The position numbers were made by a program, and so were the translations under genes. The notes under the pieces were generated by a model. The model did not search any database, was not told the DNA's origin, and saw only the letters and a program-made list of their open reading frames with translations. From a virus (Duplodnaviria > Caudoviricetes), in IMG/VR virus record IMGVR_UViG_3300037587_000069, positions 1 through 43,249 of that record: a stretch of 43,249 nt of DNA; one strand, written 5' to 3'. Positions within the stretch are counted from its first letter, which is position 1. Each line of letters opens with the position of its first letter. Shown piece after piece: positions 1-8,123 of this stretch.

Positions 1-203
1 TCACGCAGCGCCGGCCAACCTATCACCCACTCGGTGTGACGCTGCAGCAGCCTCCTGAAGCCCCTGGTGTCGTACCCAAGCACCCGGGCAGTCGTGTCGA
101 TGCCGTAGCCCATATCCGCGAAACCGGTGAGCACATCGACGAACGGCTCACCGTATTCTTGCTCGACTTCGCGCTGCTTCGGGGCTGGGTTGCGGATGTT
201 CAT
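1..203 (-). CDS. Hypothetical phage protein, runs off window edge (MNIRNPAPKQREVEQEYGEPFVDVLTGF...)
   Basis: Hand-translated; ATG at 203 with GGTG RBS; no stop before position 1. Confidence 0.65.
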   Translation of the reverse strand, partial: MNIRNPAPKQREVEQEYGEPFVDVLTGFADMGYGIDTTARVLGYDTRGFRRLLQRHTEWVIGWPALR

Positions 204-215
204 AAGTCACCTTGT

Positions 216-238
216 AAGAGAAACCGCCCGAAGGCGGC
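216..238 (-). terminator. Intrinsic terminator
   Basis: Minus strand CCGCC-TTCG-GGCGG followed by TTTCTCTT, just after the stop of 247..609. Confidence 0.7.
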
Positions 239-246
239 TGCAGTAG

Positions 247-609
247 TTATTTATTTTTACCAGTGCCACCGCATTTGAAGCACACACCCTTCTCAACATG
301 TTTGAAAGGCATCATGCCTGTACCATTACAACGTGTGCATGGGTCGACTGTAATTTTCGGTGCTGGCTTGCACAGCCCCCGGTAAGCTGTTGACCGAGCG
401 TTTGCTAATTTGTTCGGAGTGATATGACCTTCACCGTGTTGCATCCAGTACCTCAAGGCTTTTTGGAACGCGAACGCGACAACCATCTCATCACCGCTGA
501 ACCCCTTCAATTCAGTGAAGTCGTTTCCAACCAGATAAGATGCACCCCAGCTGCGACCAATCTTCTTGATTGTGTCCTTGAAAAACTGCTTGCTGATCTG
601 AGTTGCCAT
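247..609 (-). CDS. Hypothetical protein with C-terminal CxxCxGxG zinc finger
   Basis: CTRCNGTG...CFKCGGTG; start moved to ATG 609 (GGAGAA RBS, promoter upstream). Confidence 0.75.
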   Translation of the reverse strand: MATQISKQFFKDTIKKIGRSWGASYLVGNDFTELKGFSGDEMVVAFAFQKALRYWMQHGEGHITPNKLANARSTAYRGLCKPAPKITVDPCTRCNGTGMMPFKHVEKGVCFKCGGTGKNK

Positions 610-635
610 GTCCGTTCTCCTGTGAAGTTGATCCC

Positions 636-665
636 AGTATAGTGCCACATTGTTCCACAGGTCAA
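636..665 (-). promoter_or_regulatory. sigma70-type promoter containing operator-like motif
   Basis: TTGACC-18 nt-TATACT; 28/30 identical to 4760..4789. Confidence 0.8.
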
Positions 666-676
666 GCATCAGACAC

Positions 677-699
677 AAAAAAGCCGCAATGAAGCGGCT
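677..699 (-). terminator. Intrinsic terminator
   Basis: Minus strand AGCCGC-TTCATT-GCGGCT followed by a T run. Confidence 0.75.
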
Positions 700-721
700 C
701 GTCGTGTTGTGGTGGTTAGGG

Positions 722-979
722 TCAGCCATCTTTGAGCATGTTCAGCGACGGCTGAATCATTTCGATAGCGCGCACCTTGTCAACCGAGTCGAACAGCTCC
801 TGCGCACTATCCCATGCAGTGTCACCGTCGAACTTGACCGCCAGGCTGCAGACACCCAAACCCACCGGTACAAACGAAAACTTCACCTCGGGTCCGGCAT
901 CACCTTCGTCGATCACCACCAGTATCTGACCGGTTTCTTCTGTTCTGAATATCTTTGCAAAATCCATAATCACACCCAC
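722..979 (-). CDS. Hypothetical protein
   Basis: Tiled ORF in the minus-strand operon. Confidence 0.65.
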   Translation of the reverse strand: MGVIMDFAKIFRTEETGQILVVIDEGDAGPEVKFSFVPVGLGVCSLAVKFDGDTAWDSAQELFDSVDKVRAIEMIQPSLNMLKDG

Positions 980-1509
980 TCATCAATAGTATCAATCGCA
1001 CGTTGAGCACTGTCATGCACGTCCACCATGTCCTGCCGCAGATCCTTGTGACCCCGCTCACCGCCGGCCAACAGCTTCTTGAGCAGATGGTCGACTATCG
1101 GCTTGATGCGCGCAGTGTAGTGACCCGTGAAGGCACCCAACACATCATAGACATCAGCCCACACACGGGTTCGTTTGCCGCACTCGCACCCCACCACCCC
1201 GATAGCACGATGGTACTTTGTGCGCTCACCACCCATGAAGACTTTGTCGACGACCGGTGCAACGTCAGTCGCCGCGTTCGGATCATAAACAGGTGCCTGT
1301 GGCAGGTCAGCGATCTCCTGAGTTGTAGCAGGCGCAGGCATCTCACCACGCTTTTCACGGATGATCTTGCACACCTCCTCGATCAGAAGTTCGGTGTTGC
1401 TAAACACGCCGAGCCCACCCCTCACGCTGTACAGCTCGTTAGCGTTAAGGAGTTTTATCGTCACTGCACTGGGAGTCACTACTACTCGGAATCCTGCAAC
1501 ATATGTCAT
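970..1509 (-). CDS. Hypothetical phage protein with DVYDVL...KKLL.GERGHKD C-terminal domain
   Basis: Motif recalled from phage proteins; overlaps neighbours. Confidence 0.7.
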   Translation of the reverse strand: MTYVAGFRVVVTPSAVTIKLLNANELYSVRGGLGVFSNTELLIEEVCKIIREKRGEMPAPATTQEIADLPQAPVYDPNAATDVAPVVDKVFMGGERTKYHRAIGVVGCECGKRTRVWADVYDVLGAFTGHYTARIKPIVDHLLKKLLAGGERGHKDLRQDMVDVHDSAQRAIDTIDEWV

Positions 1510-1673
1510 CGTGCTGCCCTCTCAAGAGTCACCTTATCGACCTTCACGACACGACGTTGACCGTCGCGACCCATCTGCACCATTCCGTTTGACTCTCTCG
1601 CCACGGTCCACAAGTTGCCTTTAAAGGACACGCGATCGCCTGTGACTAACGGTTTACGTTTTTGATTATGCAT
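1506..1673 (-). CDS. Small beta-rich hypothetical protein
   Basis: Tiled ORF; start at ATG 1673. Confidence 0.6.
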   Translation of the reverse strand: MHNQKRKPLVTGDRVSFKGNLWTVARESNGMVQMGRDGQRRVVKVDKVTLERAAR

Positions 1674-1812
1674 AATAGTCACTCTCACCTTTCTCTTTAG
1701 TCCACTTGATTACCGCACCACAATCGGTGCAGCGCTTTTCGTTCATCGTCATCAGCATCACCAGGTGCGTGTTGCCACACTTCGGACACACTTTAGTTGA
1801 TCGCTTACTCAT
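1666..1812 (-). CDS. Small zinc-ribbon protein (48 aa)
   Basis: Hand-translated MSKRSTKVCPKCGNTHL...RCTDCGAVIKW; too short for the ORF track. Confidence 0.65.
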   Translation of the reverse strand: MSKRSTKVCPKCGNTHLVMLMTMNEKRCTDCGAVIKWTKEKGESDYYA

Positions 1813-1954
1813 AAATTCGAAGGGTCTTGATGTCATATTTCACCATCCACCCCCTTACTGTGGGTTTAGTGGTCTGCAGGCGGGTAGCGACATTCTGCGC
1901 CGACCCGTAGGAATTCAACAAATTCAGTAGTTCTTGTCTTGTTGGTTTGCTCAT
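1805..1954 (-). CDS. Small HTH-like DNA-binding protein (49 aa)
   Basis: Hand-translated; AQNVATRLQTTKPTVRGWMVKYDI fits an HTH pattern; GAGGAGG RBS. Confidence 0.65.
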   Translation of the reverse strand: MSKPTRQELLNLLNSYGSAQNVATRLQTTKPTVRGWMVKYDIKTLRIYE

Positions 1955-2232
1955 CTGAAACCTCCTCTTGTACTGAGTAAATAATTAGCCTTGTCCACCA
2001 CCCAGTGATCGAAATGCAGGAACGCACCTGATGCACCAGTCCAGTCAACGAACGCATCGTCATACCAACCGATTGGCATGAACAGCTGCTGATGCAGTCG
2101 CGCCAGCTCAGCCGCACGCTCATCGAACTGGTGATCGGTGATGAGGTTGTCATTCAGCTGGTAGTAGATATAGCTGTGGATCAGCATCTGGCACCGTAGC
2201 TGCTTGACGCGCTCGAACAGTGTCTGGATCAC
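1951..2232 (-). CDS. Stand-alone NAD-dependent DNA ligase domain Ia-like protein
   Basis: LIHSYIYYQLNDNLITDHQFD resembles LigA domain Ia (H..YY..D.P.ISD.EYD). Confidence 0.7.
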   Translation of the reverse strand: MIQTLFERVKQLRCQMLIHSYIYYQLNDNLITDHQFDERAAELARLHQQLFMPIGWYDDAFVDWTGASGAFLHFDHWVVDKANYLLSTRGGFR

Positions 2233-2726
2233 GACTGTTCGTCAGTCTTCGGACACTTCGCGTGCGTGCAGTTACCTTCATAGTCACTGGGGTTGTCAGG
2301 ATGCGTGCAGTGTGAGATAGCAACTTCACCATTCGAGTCGCACTGATATGAGTAATGATCACACTGTGCTTCGATCACATGGCAGTCAATACGACCCTCA
2401 GCTTGTGCTTCACTTTCCTGTCGCGCCTCGTCCTCACTGCGCTTCACACCCCGCTTGACCGCAGCAGTCATGGATATGCTTCCACTACTGATCAGAACCT
2501 TGCCGAGCACGTGAGAAACACCGCCTGAAATTGGAGATACCATTGGGTGTGTCAGCATTACCACACGACCTAACAATTCGGTTAAATCGACAAAGCCTTG
2601 CAGATTTTCTGCAAACTCTAATACTTCATCCCATATGCAGCCGTCAGCGTTTTCATCAAACTTATCAGGGTAAGCCGCGACAATAAGCTCGAACAATTCC
2701 AGATCATTTAATGCTTTAAATTTCAT
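2229..2726 (-). CDS. Hypothetical protein with Cys/His-rich C-terminus
   Basis: Tiled ORF. Confidence 0.7.
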   Translation of the reverse strand: MKFKALNDLELFELIVAAYPDKFDENADGCIWDEVLEFAENLQGFVDLTELLGRVVMLTHPMVSPISGGVSHVLGKVLISSGSISMTAAVKRGVKRSEDEARQESEAQAEGRIDCHVIEAQCDHYSYQCDSNGEVAISHCTHPDNPSDYEGNCTHAKCPKTDEQS

Positions 2727-2884
2727 TTCACCACCTTCTCAAAGTTGTCACAGGTTTCATTTCCGTGAACGCTACATTTATGCGCCGAGCAGCGCAGGAA
2801 CAGCACCTCGTCACGTGTCGCCGAATGCTTGCAACGCTCACACCGCTTCGACGTATCAGTGCAGACCGTGATCTCACCTTTCAT
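2723..2884 (-). CDS. Small Cys-rich protein (53 aa)
   Basis: Hand-translated ...RCERCKH...RCSAHKC...TCDNFE; ATGA overlap with the downstream gene. Confidence 0.6.
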   Translation of the reverse strand: MKGEITVCTDTSKRCERCKHSATRDEVLFLRCSAHKCSVHGNETCDNFEKVVK

Positions 2885-2886
2885 TG

Positions 2887-3054
2887 CTAATTTCCCCACA
2901 GTGGTTTCCCCATCATCTTCTTGATGTGCATATTAGCCATCACTGTCGATTCAGGCAGCTTGCGTAAGTCCAACTCGTCATTAGTGCCAATCAACGCAAT
3001 TGATTCTGAAGTGATGACAGATTTGCCAGGTCGCCAAGGCTCATGTTCACTCAT
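2887..3054 (-). CDS. Hypothetical protein (55 aa)
   Basis: Hand-translated MSEHEPWRPGKS...; fills the gap, GGAG RBS. Confidence 0.5.
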   Translation of the reverse strand: MSEHEPWRPGKSVITSESIALIGTNDELDLRKLPESTVMANMHIKKMMGKPLWGN

Positions 3055-3056
3055 CA

Positions 3057-3206
3057 CTATTCTCCCGGCACCATCAGTGGTGCAGCTTCAACGAACCCCA
3101 GTGCAAAGTCAGCGTACTCAGTGGTACCTGGTGCAAAGGGGCAGTTAGGTTCAGGGTCACCACTGCGACGTGCAGCAGCGCCTTGTTGATATGCTTCAGT
3201 GGTCAT
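3057..3206 (-). CDS. Rmf/CrpP-like small protein
   Basis: AYQQGAAARRSG...NCPF...GF pattern; start at ATG 3206. Confidence 0.55.
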   Translation of the reverse strand: MTTEAYQQGAAARRSGDPEPNCPFAPGTTEYADFALGFVEAAPLMVPGE

Positions 3207-3507
3207 GACCCTTCGCCTTGAGGTTGCTGTCGATAGAGTTGTCAAGGCGTTCCTCGACAGTTGCACCCCGACCACCGCGTGAAAGATACCAGTACAACCC
3301 TGGTCCGTTACGATGTTGCAGTATCGCTGTTGAGCGAAGGTATCGATACCGACCAGCATCGACGCTGAATTGGTCACGCTCTGCCTCCAGCTCTCTGACT
3401 ACAACACACGCATTGCAGGGGCACTTCAGTGGTTGTGCCACCGTAGTATTACCGAAACGGCACGCGGGTTTAGGGTCTTGTTCAACTATTGCCATCCCCA
3501 TTTTCAC
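3196..3507 (-). CDS. Hypothetical protein
   Basis: Tiled ORF with a DAGRYRYLR motif typical of phage accessory proteins. Confidence 0.65.
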   Translation of the reverse strand: MKMGMAIVEQDPKPACRFGNTTVAQPLKCPCNACVVVRELEAERDQFSVDAGRYRYLRSTAILQHRNGPGLYWYLSRGGRGATVEERLDNSIDSNLKAKGHDH

Positions 3508-3752
3508 TCAACTCCATTAATGCGACCACATGGTTGACAATAGCAATCCATCGGTCGACCGTGCTCACAGTGAGCAGACAGTTTCAGATCGAGTCTCAGT
3601 TTGTCCAGAGTCTCACGACCCAGCTGCTCGTTCGTCTTGCACACCGGTGCATCATCACCCCGGTCCCAGTAGTAGCCGCAGCGCACACAGACGTGCTGAT
3701 CGAGCCCGTTGCCGTACTGGTACCGCGCCTGACAGTCGTCACTCTTCGCCAT
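3504..3752 (-). CDS. Cys-rich hypothetical protein
   Basis: CVRCG and CEH..CYCQPC motifs; ATG 3752 with GGAGG RBS. Confidence 0.65.
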   Translation of the reverse strand: MAKSDDCQARYQYGNGLDQHVCVRCGYYWDRGDDAPVCKTNEQLGRETLDKLRLDLKLSAHCEHGRPMDCYCQPCGRINGVE

Positions 3753-3866
3753 AATAATCCTCCAAGTCACGCTCAGTGATAAGCATCCCGTCAATCAAGA
3801 GCATCACGACCAGGCCGACCGGCACCGCTATGACAGCGGCAACCACCAGCCCCAAGTCCAGCACGC

Positions 3867-4145
3867 TCACAGTAGCGACCGCTTAATCTGACAATCTTCA
3901 TTACCTTCACAACCGACGCACTCACGGTTGCACGATGGACCCCACGGCTTCGACACACAGCTGACCACGTCAGGGTCACCACTCATGTGCAGCGCCTCGG
4001 TCAGTGTCTTGGAGATCTGCACGATCCGGTTGCCGGCAGCAGTGTTCAGGGTGTACTCACGCAACCCCTTGTCATATACCGGTGCTTCCCCCACCTTGCC
4101 GCAGTAGCAGGGACCACCACCGGTGGTGTGCTTGGGGCATTTCAC
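3867..4145 (-). CDS. Cys-rich hypothetical protein
   Basis: Tiled ORF, ATGA overlap. Confidence 0.6.
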   Translation of the reverse strand: MKCPKHTTGGGPCYCGKVGEAPVYDKGLREYTLNTAAGNRIVQISKTLTEALHMSGDPDVVSCVSKPWGPSCNRECVGCEGNEDCQIKRSLL

Positions 4146-4726
4146 AGCTCTTCCCCGCGCAGGTGCTTCTGCAGCGTGTCGTAGCTGTCAGTATCTTCCT
4201 TCAGATTCCCATCATCGTCGTGATCTTGATAGTACATGTCGTCCTGGCAATAGAATAACCCATCAAGAAACGACTCAGTTCTCACGTGGTCGAATGATTG
4301 CTCGGGGGTTTCGTTGAGTAACTCCTGACCAGTACAACCAAGTGAAGTCAAATAATCCATGTGAGGCTCAGAACGTTCTTCAACAGCTTTTCGCAACCGA
4401 TAAATGTGGGATAGCTCTACGTCACGAATCTGCTGGATCTCAGCGTAGTCAGCCTCCAACCGCTTGTACCGCAGCTCAGACTCAGCGATCTGCTCAAGGA
4501 AGTAGTGGTCACCGGCGACCGACTTCGCAGCCTCATCGTGATCGACGTGCTGAGCGATCACACCAGTTGCTAGGCCGATGCTGTTCGCTGCGTGCCTGAA
4601 CGCGGTCATCATCGCTTGCTGTTCACCCAGCTGCCGCACCGCTTGCACCAGTGATTCACGGCGAACCGCGATGACGTCTTGATCACAACCGTCGAACAGG
4701 TCGACCAGTTCTTGCAGAGTTTTCAC
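4142..4726 (-). CDS. Hypothetical coiled-coil protein with acidic C-terminus
   Basis: GAGGTG RBS; first gene after promoter 4760..4789. Confidence 0.75.
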   Translation of the reverse strand: MKTLQELVDLFDGCDQDVIAVRRESLVQAVRQLGEQQAMMTAFRHAANSIGLATGVIAQHVDHDEAAKSVAGDHYFLEQIAESELRYKRLEADYAEIQQIRDVELSHIYRLRKAVEERSEPHMDYLTSLGCTGQELLNETPEQSFDHVRTESFLDGLFYCQDDMYYQDHDDDGNLKEDTDSYDTLQKHLRGEEL

Positions 4727-4759
4727 GTTCAGTCACCTCAATTAATTAATGTCTCACTG

Positions 4760-4789
4760 AGTATAGTGTCACATTGTTCCACACGTCAA
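4760..4789 (-). promoter_or_regulatory. sigma70-type promoter containing operator-like motif
   Basis: TTGACG-18 nt-TATACT; near copy of 636..665. Confidence 0.8.
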
Positions 4790-4974
4790 CTAGATTTCGG
4801 AACAAATACTGTTGCTGTGCCTCTTGCGGCATAGCGTGCACACTTTTCACAACGGTGAGTTACATGCGATCTGCAGCTGGGACTGCACTCTTCCTGGTCT
4901 TCAAGATCCTTAGTTTTTAAGTTGAATGCTTTGGTGTATAACTCAAGGGTTGAATCTGCTCTGTATAAAGGCAT
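4786..4974 (-). CDS. Small Cys/His-containing hypothetical protein
   Basis: Starts directly after the primase stop; AT-richer. Confidence 0.5.
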   Translation of the reverse strand: MPLYRADSTLELYTKAFNLKTKDLEDQEECSPSCRSHVTHRCEKCARYAARGTATVFVPKSS

Positions 4975-7614
4975 CTATTTCACCACTGTCAAAGGAGCTG
5001 CGCCACGTGCGGCTGCGACCTGGCGTTCATACTCACGATGCAGGTCGGTTGCCCCCATCGCCTGATACTTCTCGACGCTCCGCACCACGTACAGTCTGGC
5101 TGATGAGCTGCGCATCTGCAGGATCTGCGTCGATGACCCCATTGCACGACCGACATTCACCGGTGTGCAGACCTTCACATCGACATACATGTCAGATGAC
5201 CCGAACGCGCCTTCAGCACGCAGGGTGTCACTCATGTCCTTGGACGTCATCAGGTCGCAGCGGAACATGCCCACCTGACTCTTGATGAACGCTTCAACAG
5301 TCTGCTGCAGCGGTGACTTCGACGCCTCTTGGATCTCACGCAGGAACTCGGTGACAGGTGGTGCTTCGTTGGGATTGAACCCGACCAGGCTGACCTCGTT
5401 ATACAAATAGTGCAGCACGTTCAGCCACCCGCCGCCTTTCATCCACGTCCACCGGTCTTCCCAGTAGTCGAGCCAGTCCTGCCGCATCTGACCATTCTCA
5501 TCACGCGGGTTCATGCCGGACCACAGTGCATAGAACCGTCGACTGGGTCCGTTCAGCCGCAAGGGTAACTGACTGTTGGTGGTCATGGTGCCGTTGATGA
5601 TGTTGCGCACCTGGATGCGTTTGACGTTCTTCTGGTTGACCCCGATCTTTTCCGGTGGTGCAGCGGCGATCGGCTTCAGCTTGTTGCTGACCTGCATCGC
5701 TTCACGCCGGTCACCCAGCTCAGTCTCGTTGATGTGCAGGTACTTGGTGCTCAGCACATAGTCGTTGAACCCCTCAAGCAGTTCCTCACCGCTGATGACG
5801 GTGCCGTTCTCACCCATGCCTTTGATCAGTGGGTACAGCAGATAGTCCTTGCCGCAGCCCTCACCGGACCCGAACAGCAGCATGTGGTTGATCTTGTGCT
5901 CAGGGTACCGCAGGGTGTACGCCATCCACTGCTCTACGTGCTGTCGCTGCTCACCCCACCCAAGTGCATCAAAGTGGTCGCGCCACCGAGTCACGTCGCC
6001 GTGGGTGCCTTTCGGCTGATCGGCATCGCTCCACATGTTGCCATACATGGTGTGACCTTCGAGGAACACCTGCGGCTGTTTCGGTGCATAGTCCAGCTTA
6101 TCGACCTTGCGCACCCGGCCATCCTGCAGCGCGACCTTGCGTGCCTCAGCATCCTCATGTGCAAACGAATTTTGGAATGCCTCGGTGCTGAAAAAGATGC
6201 GCGACTTCAGATCGTAGAACTGGTTCAGCTCCTTGACGAACACCACGTTGTCATAGAAGTCAGCAGCCTGGACCTTGTCAGCGTACCAGTCTTGACGCAG
6301 ATCCTTGATGATGTCCCTGAAGTCGGCCTTGCTCCACCGCATGATGTCACAGACCTGTTCGTGCCAGTGCTTCTGATCCATCTTGGGTATGTCATCGACG
6401 TGCTTCAACATGTTCCCCGCCGCCAACCGCGCTTCAGCCGTCGATGGGATCTCACGACGCAGCATGTCACACAGGTACTGGATCGCGTCAGTGGTGGGTG
6501 CCGCTGGCTCTGCTGCGACGGGTTGCTGCGGTGCGGGGGTCACCGCTGCCGGCATCACGGGAGTCATGAAGCTGATGTCTTCGATCACCGCATATCGACG
6601 GTCGGTTGAGGCTGCGTTGAGGGGGTTGACGTGACCGGTTGCGAACATGAAGTTAACTTCAGGAGCTGGTGCCGCCACGTCGAAGCTGCGCATGATCTGC
6701 CAGTTCTTCAGGCTGCCAGCAAAACCGGGCGACTTTGCATCAATGTGTCGAAGTAATTCGGCCCCGGTTTTTGACTGACAATTACCGTGGTGACATTTGA
6801 AGCCCATCGAACCGTCATCGTTTGTAAAGATCGCTGAGCCTGAATCGTCAGCACCCGTGTGCTCATGAACCCAAGGGCATGTAATATCAAAGCGTCCATC
6901 GCTGCGTACCTCTTTAATGTGAATGATATCGGGGATGTTGATCAGCGGGTGGTCGCTCACTGCAGCGGCGCCGTCTACCCTGGACTCACGACGCACTGCA
7001 TCAAGGTCCACCGCGAACGGTGCTGCAAGCTGCTCCATCGTCACCCGTCGTGTGGGTTCCCACAGCATCATCCTGCAGTCGAACGGCTGACCGTTGACCA
7101 GCTTCGATGCCTTGTTGTTCACGCCTTCAGGCAACCGCAGGTACCGGGTCACCCCCTTCATGCCTGGATCTTTCCCGTCAGGAGCCAGACCGTTCGCCAC
7201 CAGACCGTCAAGCAGGTTCTCAACCCGACCACGATCGGTGCATGGTGTGTCGAGAATGTACCCCCACTGCTCACTGCCTGCTGACGACTCAAGCACCCAC
7301 GACGGTTGCGGCAGCTTCTCCACCTCAGTCATCGACAGCTTTTCTTTCACGTCATCCAGCACGATGCACGGGGTGTAACGGAAGAGTGCCTTGCGTCGTC
7401 GAGCCTGCGACTGGTCGTCACAGTAGAACGCTGAGATAGTAAAATACTGGTTATGGTTTGGCTGCAGTCGATAGCGGCTGTGGTAGTCACCCTTCCATGC
7501 GATCAGGTGCTTGTCTTTCGGGATGTTGCCGGGGTCATAAGGGAAGTCTGTGACGTGTGCGAAGGGTGCGTCGACACCGAATATTGCGCGTAAGAACTCA
7601 TCATTTGTCACCAT
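4975..7614 (-). CDS. Primase-helicase (RepB'-like primase, zinc finger, DUF5906/D5-like P-loop NTPase)
   Basis: ESSAGSEQWGY and RYLRLPEG primase motifs; CPW..H..CHHGNC; Walker A GSGEGCGKD; Walker B LHINE. Confidence 0.85.
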   Translation of the reverse strand: MVTNDEFLRAIFGVDAPFAHVTDFPYDPGNIPKDKHLIAWKGDYHSRYRLQPNHNQYFTISAFYCDDQSQARRRKALFRYTPCIVLDDVKEKLSMTEVEKLPQPSWVLESSAGSEQWGYILDTPCTDRGRVENLLDGLVANGLAPDGKDPGMKGVTRYLRLPEGVNNKASKLVNGQPFDCRMMLWEPTRRVTMEQLAAPFAVDLDAVRRESRVDGAAAVSDHPLINIPDIIHIKEVRSDGRFDITCPWVHEHTGADDSGSAIFTNDDGSMGFKCHHGNCQSKTGAELLRHIDAKSPGFAGSLKNWQIMRSFDVAAPAPEVNFMFATGHVNPLNAASTDRRYAVIEDISFMTPVMPAAVTPAPQQPVAAEPAAPTTDAIQYLCDMLRREIPSTAEARLAAGNMLKHVDDIPKMDQKHWHEQVCDIMRWSKADFRDIIKDLRQDWYADKVQAADFYDNVVFVKELNQFYDLKSRIFFSTEAFQNSFAHEDAEARKVALQDGRVRKVDKLDYAPKQPQVFLEGHTMYGNMWSDADQPKGTHGDVTRWRDHFDALGWGEQRQHVEQWMAYTLRYPEHKINHMLLFGSGEGCGKDYLLYPLIKGMGENGTVISGEELLEGFNDYVLSTKYLHINETELGDRREAMQVSNKLKPIAAAPPEKIGVNQKNVKRIQVRNIINGTMTTNSQLPLRLNGPSRRFYALWSGMNPRDENGQMRQDWLDYWEDRWTWMKGGGWLNVLHYLYNEVSLVGFNPNEAPPVTEFLREIQEASKSPLQQTVEAFIKSQVGMFRCDLMTSKDMSDTLRAEGAFGSSDMYVDVKVCTPVNVGRAMGSSTQILQMRSSSARLYVVRSVEKYQAMGATDLHREYERQVAAARGAAPLTVVK

Positions 7615-7693
7615 GTCACCGTCACCATTTGGATCTGTTATACGTCGTGGGAACTTTCTATCTTACTCCGACGACCACTTTCTGTCAGCCTGC

Positions 7694-7722
7694 AGAGTAT
7701 GACCCTTGTAGAACAAAGTCAA
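7694..7722 (-). promoter_or_regulatory. Leftward promoter for the primase
   Basis: TTGACT-17 nt-TACTCT; overlaps motif variant TGTAGAACA. Confidence 0.5.
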
Positions 7723-7731
7723 ACAATACTG

Positions 7732-7761
7732 TTGACATGAATGTAATTGTGGAACTAAGAT
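7732..7761 (+). promoter_or_regulatory. Rightward promoter for the replication operon
   Basis: TTGACA-18 nt-TAAGAT; TGTGGAAC half-site at 7748-7755. Confidence 0.75.
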
Positions 7762-7846
7762 GGAATCCCAAACCGGAAGAAACGCACGCCAACCAACTGA
7801 GGATAAAATCATGCACAGTTAATACCCCAACCAGCAACTCGATCGT

Positions 7847-7870
7847 CAAACCCGCTTAACTGCGGGTTTG
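7847..7870 (+). other. Leader hairpin
   Basis: CAAACCCGC-TTAACT-GCGGGTTTG, perfect 9-bp stem. Confidence 0.55.
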
Positions 7871-7904
7871 TACGTAGAAGCTAACTGAACCGAGGAAAAC
7901 TAAC

Positions 7905-8123
7905 ATGGCAACCGACGCCGAAGAACAGTCCAGCAACCTTGATGACAACCTGCGGTGTCGGGTTGACTCAAAAGAGCTGGAGATTTTCAAAAAGAAGTCA
8001 CTGCGGGTAACTGGTAAACCTTACCAGATGCTGCTGCGTGAAATGATCGCTTCGTTTAACGAAGGCAACCTGCGAATCATCGCAACCGAAGAACTTGGGG
8101 AACTATATGTCACTGGAAAATAA
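7905..8123 (+). CDS. Ribbon-helix-helix-like DNA-binding protein
   Basis: NLRCRVD strand followed by two helices (PYQMLLREMI); first gene of the operon. Confidence 0.65.
   Translation: MATDAEEQSSNLDDNLRCRVDSKELEIFKKKSLRVTGKPYQMLLREMIASFNEGNLRIIATEELGELYVTGK

Noticed and set aside
5734-6609. Long antisense ORFs (also 11584..12399, 21163..21876, 35004..35810)
   Set aside because: Shadows of well-supported genes on the opposite strand, with no recognisable motifs
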